Both the position numbers and the translations under genes were made by a program. DNA of 64,000 bases from Candidatus Omnitrophota bacterium (GTDB lineage: Bacteria > Omnitrophota > Gorgyraeia > Gygaellales > Profunditerraquicolaceae): contig JAQURC010000002.1 in NCBI GenBank assembly GCA_028715785.1, positions 76,322 to 140,321 of the forward strand, given 5' to 3'. The notes under the pieces were generated by a model. That model saw nothing but the letters and a program-made list of their open reading frames with translations, did not search any database and was not told the DNA's origin. Shown here in pieces: positions 51,534 through 60,168 of the stretch (the first letter of the stretch is position 1; every line of letters starts with the position of its first letter).

Positions 51534-52520
51534 ATGATGAGGCTTAAAAGTATATTATCTGTTTTATTGAGGATTGGCGTAAGTATCATACTTCTAGTTC
51601 TTTTGTTCAAGTTTAACAAAATCGATTCCCATGCTTTGATCCGGGACATAAAAGGCGCGGATAAGTTGTTTTTATCTGTAGGTTTTATAATATATTTTCT
51701 TGTTTACCTTCTTGGTTTTTTCCGTTGGCGGATGCTGCTTAAGGCGGCAGGATTCGATATCCCTTTAAAGAGGCTGGTGAGTTCATTTTCCGGTGGGATT
51801 TTTTTCAGCATTTTCCTGCCTTCGACTATCGGCGGAGACCTGGTCAGGGCGGTTGACCTCGCCGGGCATACCCGGAAGGCAAAGGAGGTCATTGCCACGG
51901 TTTTTTTGGACAGGTTCAGCGGTTATATCGGTTTGGTGTTTGTAATCCTGCCCGCTTTATTACTGGGCAGAAACCTTATCCTGGATAAAGTCGTTTTCAC
52001 TTCTGTTTCCGTGATTGTAATTCTACTGGTGGTTATCCTGCTAGTCTTGTTTAATAATTCTATTTATTCCGGGATCAGCAGGTTTTTAACGGTGCCTAAC
52101 GCGGGAAAAATAAGAGAGACAATTAAGGATATGCACCGGGAAATCCACGTCTTTGGTAACCATAAAAAGATGATCCTTTTTAATTTAGCCATTTCATTTT
52201 TAATCCAGGCCCTTTGTCCGGTCTGCGTTTATTTTATCGGTTTGGCTTTGGGGGTAAAAATAAATTTTATCTATTTCCTCATCTTTTTACCTATTATCAG
52301 CGCGATTACCCTGCTTCCTATTGCCATAGGAGGGCTGGGGTTGAGAGAAAGTTTATTTGTAGTTTATTTTGCCAAGGCCGGGGTAATAAAACAGTTGGCT
52401 TTGGCCATGTCGCTTTTATCGTTTTCTTTTGTCGTTTTTTACGGTGCTATCGGAGGACTCATCTATGTCCTTACAGTACATCATCGACGGATACAATCTC
52501 ATAAACAACCCGCACTTTAG
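51534..52520 (+). CDS. membrane protein, lysylphosphatidylglycerol-synthase-TM / UPF0104 (flippase-like) family
   Basis: About 8 TM helices; FFRWRMLL and GDLVRAVDL blocks. Confidence 0.5.
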   Translation: MMRLKSILSVLLRIGVSIILLVLLFKFNKIDSHALIRDIKGADKLFLSVGFIIYFLVYLLGFFRWRMLLKAAGFDIPLKRLVSSFSGGIFFSIFLPSTIGGDLVRAVDLAGHTRKAKEVIATVFLDRFSGYIGLVFVILPALLLGRNLILDKVVFTSVSVIVILLVVILLVLFNNSIYSGISRFLTVPNAGKIRETIKDMHREIHVFGNHKKMILFNLAISFLIQALCPVCVYFIGLALGVKINFIYFLIFLPIISAITLLPIAIGGLGLRESLFVVYFAKAGVIKQLALAMSLLSFSFVVFYGAIGGLIYVLTVHHRRIQSHKQPAL

Positions 52521-52953
52521 GCCTGCCGTGAAACTACCTGCGAATGCCTGCCATTGCCTGGCAGATTTTATTAAGTTAAACAGGCTGACCGGCAGTAGAA
52601 ATAATACCCTTACCCTTGTTTTTGACGGCTATCCCCCAACCGGACAGGATATCCCGCAAGATGCCGGCCTGGTTTGTTTATTTTCGCGCATGATTGAAGC
52701 GGATGAACTGATAAAGCAGATAGTTGAAAAGTCGTCTTGCCCCAAAAATATTATCGTAGTTTCGGATGATAAGGAAGTGCGATTAATGAGCAGGTTTTTG
52801 CATGCGCGGACCTGCGGCGTGGAGGAGTTTATCCGCGGCAAGAAAAATAAGAAGCCAAATCCTGCTGCGGGAGCAGATGCAGCTGATTTCAAGTTGAATT
52901 TTTCTGCGATGCAGAAGATAAACGCGGAGTTAAAGAAAAAATGGCTGAAATAA
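52465..52953 (+). CDS. NYN/PIN-like (YacP-type) RNA-binding nuclease domain protein
   Basis: YIIDGYNLIN ... LVFDG ... VVSDDKEV pattern; start MSLQY at 52465. Confidence 0.5.
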   Translation: MSLQYIIDGYNLINNPHFRPAVKLPANACHCLADFIKLNRLTGSRNNTLTLVFDGYPPTGQDIPQDAGLVCLFSRMIEADELIKQIVEKSSCPKNIIVVSDDKEVRLMSRFLHARTCGVEEFIRGKKNKKPNPAAGADAADFKLNFSAMQKINAELKKKWLK

Positions 52954-52964
52954 GATGAATATTC

Positions 52965-52993
52965 TTGACATAACCGGTTAATCATGATAGAGT
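52965..52993 (+). promoter_or_regulatory. sigma70-like promoter (TTGACA-17-TAGAGT)
   Basis: CTTGACAtaaccggttaatcatgaTAGAGTtataaa upstream of the 53027 gene. Confidence 0.35.
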
Positions 52994-53026
52994 TATAAAA
53001 ATAGAAATACAAAAAAGGAGGGTAAT

Positions 53027-53704
53027 ATGAGCAGTTTGCAAGTAGTGTTATTAGAACCTGCGCGTGTAGTTTTGGCTCAAATCAGCCAATTCATGGTCAA
53101 CGCATTACTGGTGATCATTATTTTGATCATCGGCTGGTTACTTTCCAAAGTTATTAAATCTATCGTCAGTAAGGCCCTTAAACTAGTCAAGATCGATGAT
53201 ATTTCTAAACGTATTGAACTTGATAAGCTGTTTAGCAAGGGCGGAATAACATATTCCTTATCCGATTTAATCGCTGTAATTTGCTATTGGCTCGGGCTTT
53301 TGATAACCTTTATGGTCGCAATAAACGCCGTGGGCGTGACCATTGCCGCTGATTTGTTAAAACAAGTTATCCTTTATATCCCCAATGTTATTTCAGCTTT
53401 GTTCATCCTTGTCCTGGGGATGTTCGTGTCGACTTTATTGAAAAATATTGTGCGGACTGCGGTAAATAACGCCGGATTAGGCCACGGCAGGCTCCTGGCC
53501 CAGTTGGTGGAGACAGTGGTTATTGTTTTTGCAATTTTCGTGGCGCTAGAGCAGCTGCAAATCGGTATCCATATAACCGAATTGACCGTTTCGATAATTT
53601 TAGGTGCCGTGGGATTAGGCCTGGCCCTGGCTTTTGGTTTAGGGTGCAAAGATATCGCCGGAAGGTTTGTGGCCGAAACTATAGAAAAATTAAAAAAGAA
53701 ATAA
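53027..53704 (+). CDS. membrane protein with repeated conserved-TM-helix units (MscS-N-terminal-like)
   Basis: 225 aa; several amphipathic or TM segments; no enzymatic motifs. Confidence 0.4.
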   Translation: MSSLQVVLLEPARVVLAQISQFMVNALLVIIILIIGWLLSKVIKSIVSKALKLVKIDDISKRIELDKLFSKGGITYSLSDLIAVICYWLGLLITFMVAINAVGVTIAADLLKQVILYIPNVISALFILVLGMFVSTLLKNIVRTAVNNAGLGHGRLLAQLVETVVIVFAIFVALEQLQIGIHITELTVSIILGAVGLGLALAFGLGCKDIAGRFVAETIEKLKKK

Positions 53705-53730
53705 TGTATCCGGTTATCATTTAAGAAAAT

Positions 53731-53765
53731 AAACCCCGTGCCTTGCGGCGCGGGGTTTATTCTTT
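53731..53765 (+). terminator. intrinsic terminator
   Basis: AAACCCCG-tgccttgcggcg-CGGGGTTT followed by ATTCTTTGTG. Confidence 0.55.
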
Positions 53766-53775
53766 GTGTAAAACA

Positions 53776-55185
53776 ATGAAAAAAAAGAAACCTTTGCACG
53801 CTGGTAATCCCGGCGTATCCGGTACCCGCATTGTCGTCGCCAGCATGGTCGGCACGACGATCGAGTTCTACGATTTTTACATCTATGCTACGGCTGCGGT
53901 TTCGGTATTCCCGCTTCTTTTCTTCCCGAAGGCTGATGCGGGAGCATCTCTCCTTGCGTCCATGGCAACTTTTGGTGTTGCCTTTGTGGCGCGGCCGATC
54001 GGCTCGGTATTCTTCGGCCATTTTGGGGACCGGATCGGGCGTAAAGCAACTCTTGTCGGGTCGCTTTTGACTATGGGGATCGCCACATTCCTTATCGGCC
54101 TGCTGCCTACGGTCATGCGCATCGGCTTGCTGGCCCCCGCGTTGCTGACGATTTTGCGTTTCTGCCAGGGGCTTGGGCTTGGCGGTGAATGGTCGGGAGC
54201 GGCTCTCTTGGCGACCGAGACTGCCGCAGAGGGAAAAAGAGCAAGGGCGGCGATGTGGCCGCAATTGGGCGCGCCATTTGGGTTTATTCTGGCCAACGGT
54301 TCCTTCTTGCTGCTCACCATGTTCTTTAACTATAATTCTGCCGAGGCTGGCCTGCGGGGCGATTTTCTTGAGTGGGGCTGGCGGATCCCGTTTTTGGCTT
54401 CGGTTGTTATGGTGGCAGTGGGGTTGTATGTGCGATTTAAACTTGATGAGACCCCGGTATTTGCCCGGGCGCTGGCCCGCGGCGAAAAACTCAAAATCCC
54501 CTTGGCCGTTGCGATGAAGCATCATCTTAAGGAGCTTCTGCAGGGTGCTTTTATTATGCTTGCTACGTACGGTTTGTTTTATTTGATGACCACTTGGATA
54601 CTTTCCTACGCAATCGGGTCAACAGAGTTTGGTTTTTTAGGCATTGGTTACCGTGGTTTTCTAGTGCTGCAGCTTCTTTCCGTGCTTTTATTCGCGGGGA
54701 TGATCCCGGTTGCCGGTTGGCTGGCGGATAGGTACGGCCGCCGCGGTTTCCTTTTGCTGGTGACCGCTGCCATTATCCTCTTTGGTTTAACATTTAAATT
54801 TTTTCTTGATCCTGCGGTTATGGGAACAGGGAACGGGGCGAATATGGGGCTTATGCTGTTCTTTTTATGCATCGGTATGACGCTGATGGGCCTGACTTTT
54901 GGCCCGATGTCGGCAGTCCTGCCGGAATTGTTTCCCACGAATGTGCGCTATACCGGCTCGGGTATTTCCTATAACATGTCCTCTATTCTGGGCGCTGCCT
55001 TGACCCCCTTTGCGGCTGTCTGGCTTGCCCGTAATCACGGTGTTGGCGCTGTCGGGCTGTATCTTTCGGCGCTGGGAGTGTTGACATTTATTGCCCTGTG
55101 GTTTTCCAAAGAGACCAAGCATACCAACCTTGATACGCGGGAGGAAAGAAAAGCGGCCGTAGGCATTGAAACGACCTCGCCGTAG
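53776..55185 (+). CDS. MFS transporter, metabolite:H+ symporter (MHS/ProP-like) family; markedly GC-rich
   Basis: TIEFYDFYIYATAAV N-terminal signature and 12 TM helices. Local GC is about 58% versus about 44% in the flanks. The long antisense ORF at 53374..54525 is a GC artefact. Confidence 0.7.
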   Translation: MKKKKPLHAGNPGVSGTRIVVASMVGTTIEFYDFYIYATAAVSVFPLLFFPKADAGASLLASMATFGVAFVARPIGSVFFGHFGDRIGRKATLVGSLLTMGIATFLIGLLPTVMRIGLLAPALLTILRFCQGLGLGGEWSGAALLATETAAEGKRARAAMWPQLGAPFGFILANGSFLLLTMFFNYNSAEAGLRGDFLEWGWRIPFLASVVMVAVGLYVRFKLDETPVFARALARGEKLKIPLAVAMKHHLKELLQGAFIMLATYGLFYLMTTWILSYAIGSTEFGFLGIGYRGFLVLQLLSVLLFAGMIPVAGWLADRYGRRGFLLLVTAAIILFGLTFKFFLDPAVMGTGNGANMGLMLFFLCIGMTLMGLTFGPMSAVLPELFPTNVRYTGSGISYNMSSILGAALTPFAAVWLARNHGVGAVGLYLSALGVLTFIALWFSKETKHTNLDTREERKAAVGIETTSP

Positions 55186-55257
55186 GAAAACGTAAACACA
55201 GAATAAAGGAATTTTCGACACTGGTTATATTTTTTTTGGTTTTAATAAGGATAAGTT

Positions 55258-56088
55258 ATGAAAAATAAGATTACTGAAATACCGTCAAAGGGCGAAATTA
55301 TCATTTACCGGACCAAAGACAAGAAAATCCAGCTTGAAGTTAAATTGGAGCAGGAAACGGTTTGGCTTTCTCAGAAACAAATTGCCGATTTGTTTATTAA
55401 AGATATCCGGACGATTAATGAGCATATACAGAACATATTCAAAGAAAAGGAGTTAAAGAAAAATTCAGTTATCCGGAATTTCCGGATAACTGCCGCTGAT
55501 GGTAAAAGCTACGAGACAAATTTTTATAATCTTGATGTAATTATTTCGGTTGGGTATCGTATAAAATCTCAAAACGGCACACGGTTCCGTATTTGGGCTA
55601 CGAATGTGCTAAGAAGGCATCTTATAGATGGCTACACATTGAATGAAAAGCGATTAAAGGAGCAAACTCTAAAACTTCAGGCCTTGCAACGGGCAGTAAA
55701 GCTTATTGGCAGCATGAAGGATCGTAAACAACTTGAATATAAAGAGGCCATGGGGTTGCTTGAAGTTATCAGCGATTATAATTACGCGCTTGGATTATTA
55801 GACGACTACGATTATAAGCGGCTTAAGATAGGCAAAACGTCAAAAGAAGAGAAATTTGTCTTAAGCTACGAATTAGCGATAGAAGCCGTAGACAAGCTCA
55901 AGGAAAGAATCGGCACTTCAGATCTCTTCGGTACAGAGCGGGATAAATCGTTTAAGAGCTCGGTATCTTCGATTTATCAGACGTTTGACGGGAAAGATTT
56001 ATATCCAAGCATTGAGGAGAAGGCAGCTAATCTTCTTTATTTTATTGTCAAAAATCATTCTTTTGTTGATGGCAATAGGAATAATTAA
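55258..56088 (+). CDS. RhuM-family protein with Fic/Doc domain truncated inside the Fic motif
   Basis: N-terminus IIIYRTKDKKIQLEVKLEQETVWLSQKQIADLF ... YNLDVIISVGYRIKSQNGTRFRIWATNVL is the RhuM signature. The C-terminus ends ...LLYFIVKNHSFVDGNRNN* = HxFxDGN(K)R and then stops. Confidence 0.6.
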   Translation: MKNKITEIPSKGEIIIYRTKDKKIQLEVKLEQETVWLSQKQIADLFIKDIRTINEHIQNIFKEKELKKNSVIRNFRITAADGKSYETNFYNLDVIISVGYRIKSQNGTRFRIWATNVLRRHLIDGYTLNEKRLKEQTLKLQALQRAVKLIGSMKDRKQLEYKEAMGLLEVISDYNYALGLLDDYDYKRLKIGKTSKEEKFVLSYELAIEAVDKLKERIGTSDLFGTERDKSFKSSVSSIYQTFDGKDLYPSIEEKAANLLYFIVKNHSFVDGNRNN

Positions 56089-56120
56089 GACTGTGAAAAA
56101 AATCATTACACTTATATAAA

Positions 56121-56291
56121 ATGAATCGCAAAATTTTCCTAAAAACTTTCGGTTGCCAGATGGACAAATTGTTACACTCGGATTTTACACTCCTTGAGAG
56201 AATGGTATAATAAGAATTAATTATTTGCGGTATAAGGAGTTATAGAAAACCGCAAAGAGAAAACCGAACCTAAGTGGGAAGGGGAGAAGCG
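56121..56291 (+). repeat. direct repeat unit A: degenerate miaB 5' end + 48-bp core + leader
   Basis: ATGAATCGCAAAATTTTCCTAAAAACTTTCGGTTGCCAGATG (compare miaB ATGAACAAAAAAGTATTTATACGCACTTTCGGCTGCCAGATG), then TGGACAAATTGTTACACTCGGATTTTACACTCCTTGAGAGAATGGTAT. The unit repeats 760 bp downstream. Confidence 0.7.
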
Positions 56292-56891
56292 ATGAAAAAT
56301 ACGTTTTCGACTTTTTTCGTAGTATTTGTAACGCTTGTATTTGTCATAATTTGTTTGGGGCGGGCTGGAGTATATGCTCACTGCGATACTATGGGCGGTC
56401 CCGTGGTAAAAGACGCGAAAATGGCGTTAGAGAAAAAAGACGTTACGCCTGTTTTAAAGTGGGTTAGCAAGGAAAAAGTGCCTGAGGTTCGCGCAGCATT
56501 TGAAGCTGTCCTTCTTGAAAGAACTAAAAGTCCTGAAGCGAAAGAAAAAGTGGATATGAAATTTTTCGAGACCCTTGTCCGGATCCATCGTGAGGGGGAG
56601 GGCGTCACTTTCACTGGCATAAAGCCGGCAGATGCTATAGATCCCATTGAGGCAGAAACTGACAAGGCTTTAGAGGTTGGGTCAGTTGATGATCTGACAA
56701 CCGAGATGTCGCGGCATTTGACCAGCAGCATTAAAGAACGCTTCACCCGGGTTCTTGATAAAGAGAAACACATGAATGATAGCGTTGAGGCCGGGAGAGA
56801 ATATGTCGAGGCGTATGTGGAATATCTGCATTACGTAGTAGGTGTACATAAAGCGATAGCAGGAGAAGACGAACATCACCATGAAGAATAA
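56292..56891 (+). CDS. secreted protein with HCDTMGGPVV motif and His-rich C-terminus (possible metal-binding); cassette 1
   Basis: Signal peptide MKNTFSTFFVVFVTLVFVIICLG; ends GEDEHHHEE. Confidence 0.4.
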   Translation: MKNTFSTFFVVFVTLVFVIICLGRAGVYAHCDTMGGPVVKDAKMALEKKDVTPVLKWVSKEKVPEVRAAFEAVLLERTKSPEAKEKVDMKFFETLVRIHREGEGVTFTGIKPADAIDPIEAETDKALEVGSVDDLTTEMSRHLTSSIKERFTRVLDKEKHMNDSVEAGREYVEAYVEYLHYVVGVHKAIAGEDEHHHEE

Positions 56892-57041
56892 GGTTTTCAT
56901 CCGGACCCTGGGATGGCTGATGGACAAATTGTTACACTCGGATTTTACGCTCCTTGAGAGAATGGTATTATGTAGATTAACTGTAGGCAGAATAAAGGGT
57001 TATAAAGACTCATAGAAAGTGAAGCGAACGTAAGTGAGAAT
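56884..57041 (+). repeat. direct repeat unit B (47/48 identical core; more degraded miaB 5' remnant)
   Basis: AAGGTTTTCATCCGGACCCTGGGATGGCTGATG + TGGACAAATTGTTACACTCGGATTTTACGCTCCTTGAGAGAATGGTAT + homologous leader. Confidence 0.7.
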
Positions 57042-58154
57042 ATGACATTAATTGCAGGATTCTTAAAGGATGAATGCCCTATATTGATGGGAGATTTATT
57101 AATTTCCTCTCAAGGCGATTCCAATGATAAAGAGATCGTTTTCCCAACTGTCGGGAAGATTTCTAATAAAGATATTTCTTGTGGAGAGTATAAGCCGACC
57201 GGTTTTTGTCAAAAAGTAAATCTTTTAAGTCCGAAATTGGCTGTTGCATGGGCTGGAGCAAAGATATATGCATCGAGTTTTATGAAAGAAGTCATCAAGT
57301 GCAATTTACATAATACCCCTTCAAGGGAATCGCTATCCAAAGTGTTTAACGAGATTGATAAAGGTCAAGGAAAGTTTTCGATTATAGGATTATACAGAAA
57401 CGGAACAGAAATGATAGTTTTTGAGTTTAATACCGGTGGCAATGGTTCGCTGCCTTTAGGTTTTAAATGGTTTAAAGCAGATGGCACTGGTTATAAATTT
57501 CTCTTGGAAAGCCTTTCCAATTTAACAAATAGTAATATAACATCTGGACAGCCAAACAAATTGGAACGGGCAATATCTGAAGCAGTACATCTTATTACGG
57601 ATTTGATCTCGCAAGAGATTCTTACTGCAATTCCGCTCCAAAATCTGTTTGGAGCAGGTTATGAAATAGTGCATCCTTTAAGGAGAGATTTAGCAAAATT
57701 TTCTAATCTAACTTATTTATTTTGGAAGGCAGAAGAAGAAACTCAAGGAACTTGGAAGCTTCAACCATTTCCTTTTTTAGGGTCAAATTATTCATACTAT
57801 AAAGATATTTTAGTTATAAGAAGTATTCGTTTATCATCGAATGTGAAGCCTTTTTCTTGTAAAGTCGATAGTGATGAGTTGCACGTTATCTCACCAACAT
57901 ATCGCACTGTAGTTAAAGATGAGCTCGTTGGCTATGCTCCTGTTTCGCTTAATTCTAGTTGGATATGCAATACTTTTTTATGGAAAGATCATAATGGCAA
58001 TATGGGCGCATTTGCTACCTTTGGTCGTTATGTCTCACAATCGCCACCTCTAATATGGAAGAACGAGTTTAAGAGCGACGAAGGTATCGATGTTAATGCT
58101 CAATTTGTGCAATCATCTATTTCTAAAATAGCGGCACAGGCCTTAGAGAGATAA
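57042..58154 (+). CDS. hypothetical protein, AT-rich orphan (cassette 2)
   Basis: 370 aa with no motifs I recognise. Noticeably lower GC than the neighbours. Confidence 0.4.
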   Translation: MTLIAGFLKDECPILMGDLLISSQGDSNDKEIVFPTVGKISNKDISCGEYKPTGFCQKVNLLSPKLAVAWAGAKIYASSFMKEVIKCNLHNTPSRESLSKVFNEIDKGQGKFSIIGLYRNGTEMIVFEFNTGGNGSLPLGFKWFKADGTGYKFLLESLSNLTNSNITSGQPNKLERAISEAVHLITDLISQEILTAIPLQNLFGAGYEIVHPLRRDLAKFSNLTYLFWKAEEETQGTWKLQPFPFLGSNYSYYKDILVIRSIRLSSNVKPFSCKVDSDELHVISPTYRTVVKDELVGYAPVSLNSSWICNTFLWKDHNGNMGAFATFGRYVSQSPPLIWKNEFKSDEGIDVNAQFVQSSISKIAAQALER

Positions 58155-58245
58155 AATATATACGCAGTCGTGCTAATGTACGGTTCTCTGGATAACTTTT
58201 GACAGGTATTAAAAATTTATGCAATTCTAATTAATTTCATAAGTT

Positions 58246-59409
58246 ATGAACAAAAAAGTATTTATACGCACTTTCGGCTGCCAGATGAATGAGCGGGATT
58301 CGGAGGTGATCGGCGGCCTGCTGAAAAAATCAGGGTATCAAATCAGCGCAACCGATAAAGAGGCGGATGTTATTATTTTTAACACCTGTTCCGTGCGCAA
58401 GCACGCTGAAGACAGGGTATGGAGTTTAATCGGCAGTTATAAGGGCTCTAAAATAATCGGTTTAGTTGGGTGTATGGCCCAGAATTACAAAGAAAAGGCT
58501 TTTGAGCGGGATGCCAATATCAGTTTTGTTGTCGGGCCGCAGGATATCGATAAGATTCCGGAGGTGCTCGGGAAAATATTAGAAACAAGGGGACAGTCCC
58601 CGAAAAACGGGGACAGTCCCCTTTTATTGGAACGCAAGATTTGGGAGGCAGATAGTAGTATTCGACCAGAGGAGATTTACCACACTGGTTTTTATCAGGA
58701 TAAAAATCATGCCTATGTAGTTATTTCCGAGGGGTGCTCTAATTTTTGTTCTTATTGCGTAGTGCCTTATGTGCGCGGCCCGCTGCGCCACCGCAAAAGT
58801 AAAGACATACTGGCAGAAATTCAGGGCGCCATCGCGCAGGGAATCACTAGGGTGACTCTTTTAGGCCAGAATGTTAATGCCTATCTGGATGGAAAAATTA
58901 ATTTTAATAAGCTGCTTGCGCAGGTTAACGGCCTTACCGGTTTAAAGGAGTTTGATTTTTTTACCTCCCACCCCAAGGATGCTAACATTGATTCTTTTAA
59001 AGCAATCCGTGACCTGGATAAATTAGTTAAACGGCTGCATCTACCGTTGCAGTCAGGCTCCGACAGGATCCTTAAACTGATGAACCGCGGGTATCTGGCA
59101 AAAGAATACTTGGAATTAATCGATTCTTATCGTAAAATTGTTAAAGGCGGCTTGTTGACTACGGATATTATCGTAGGGTTTCCGACAGAAACCGAAAAAG
59201 AGTTCAAGGAAACTTGCAATCTGGTTAAAGAGACAGAGTTTAACGCGGCTTATCTTTTTAAATATTCATCCAGGCCGGGGACGCAGGCGGAAAAAATTGC
59301 CGGAGATCTAAGCCGGGAGGAAAAAGAAAAACGGCACAAACAGATCCTGGATTTACAGAGGGATATCTCAAAAAAATTAAGGCATAAGCGCTCGCATGAA
59401 AAAAAATAA
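58246..59409 (+). CDS. miaB: MiaB-type radical-SAM methylthiotransferase lacking a recognizable C-terminal TRAM domain
   Basis: MNKKVFIRTFGCQMNERDSE, EGCSNFCSYCVVPYVRG. 387 aa; ends soon after the radical-SAM core. Confidence 0.7.
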   Translation: MNKKVFIRTFGCQMNERDSEVIGGLLKKSGYQISATDKEADVIIFNTCSVRKHAEDRVWSLIGSYKGSKIIGLVGCMAQNYKEKAFERDANISFVVGPQDIDKIPEVLGKILETRGQSPKNGDSPLLLERKIWEADSSIRPEEIYHTGFYQDKNHAYVVISEGCSNFCSYCVVPYVRGPLRHRKSKDILAEIQGAIAQGITRVTLLGQNVNAYLDGKINFNKLLAQVNGLTGLKEFDFFTSHPKDANIDSFKAIRDLDKLVKRLHLPLQSGSDRILKLMNRGYLAKEYLELIDSYRKIVKGGLLTTDIIVGFPTETEKEFKETCNLVKETEFNAAYLFKYSSRPGTQAEKIAGDLSREEKEKRHKQILDLQRDISKKLRHKRSHEKK

Positions 59410-60163
59410 ATTATTTTTTGTGCTTTTAAATTTTTTCATAATCCCCGCAATCGCCCAGGCGGCGGATATGGACAGCTTAAAGGCTGACTTTCTGCAGGGA
59501 AATTACCGCCGGGTTATTTTTGAAGCCCAGGCGCAGCTTAACCGGGCTGATGCCGGCAGGGCCGAGGAATTAAACTATATTTTAGGTTTAAGTTATCTTA
59601 AAGAAGGCAGGTTAGAGCAGGCCCAGGATTGTTTCAAACGTATCCTAGGTGCTTCGTCCAATAAATTTAAGGCGCCTGCAAGCTTAGGGTTGGCTGATAC
59701 CTATTTAATGTCCGGCAGGTTTCAGGATGCCCAGGATATCTACGCTAAGCTGGTTATCGATGATCCAGACAACAGCCAGAAGGCAGCGGTATTGTACCGT
59801 TTGAGCCAATTAGAGTTTAAAAAAGGCAATACCCTGCAGGGCAGTGATTATCTGTCTAAGTTAAAGAATGATTTTCCTCTTAGCCCGGAGTTAAGGTTAG
59901 CCAAGGATTTGCCCTTAATTGCTCCGCCGGTTTCAATCGCAAAGGATACCGCAAAATATTCTGTGCAGGTAGGTTTTTTTACCAGCAGCGATAACGCGAA
60001 TAATTTTAAAAATAAATTACTGGCTGAAAATTATCCTGCCTACCTGGAAGATTCCGGCACAGGTTACCGGGTAAAGGTGGGAAGGTTTAAGAGCCAAAAA
60101 GAAGCATCCGATTTAGAAAGCAAGCTTTCCAAAGAAGGTTTCCAAACCAAGACCTGTCCGTAG
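59396..60163 (+). CDS. TPR-repeat protein with C-terminal SPOR (peptidoglycan-binding) domain
   Basis: Signal peptide; SPOR pattern VQVGFFTSSDNANNFKNKLLAENYPAYLEDSGTGYRVKVGRFKSQKEA. Confidence 0.6.
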   Translation: MKKNKLFFVLLNFFIIPAIAQAADMDSLKADFLQGNYRRVIFEAQAQLNRADAGRAEELNYILGLSYLKEGRLEQAQDCFKRILGASSNKFKAPASLGLADTYLMSGRFQDAQDIYAKLVIDDPDNSQKAAVLYRLSQLEFKKGNTLQGSDYLSKLKNDFPLSPELRLAKDLPLIAPPVSIAKDTAKYSVQVGFFTSSDNANNFKNKLLAENYPAYLEDSGTGYRVKVGRFKSQKEASDLESKLSKEGFQTKTCP

Positions 60164-60168
60164 TTCTT

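Noticed and set aside
53374-54525. 383-aa minus-strand ORF
   Set aside because: It lies antisense to the GC-rich MFS transporter gene. It is Arg/Pro/Gly-rich, low-complexity, has no motifs, and is an open frame produced by high GC.
56121-56210. The 29-codon ORF MNRKIFLKTFGCQMDKLLHSDFTLLERMV as a real small protein
   Set aside because: It is a decayed miaB 5' end fused to repeat-core sequence, most likely an integration scar rather than a gene.
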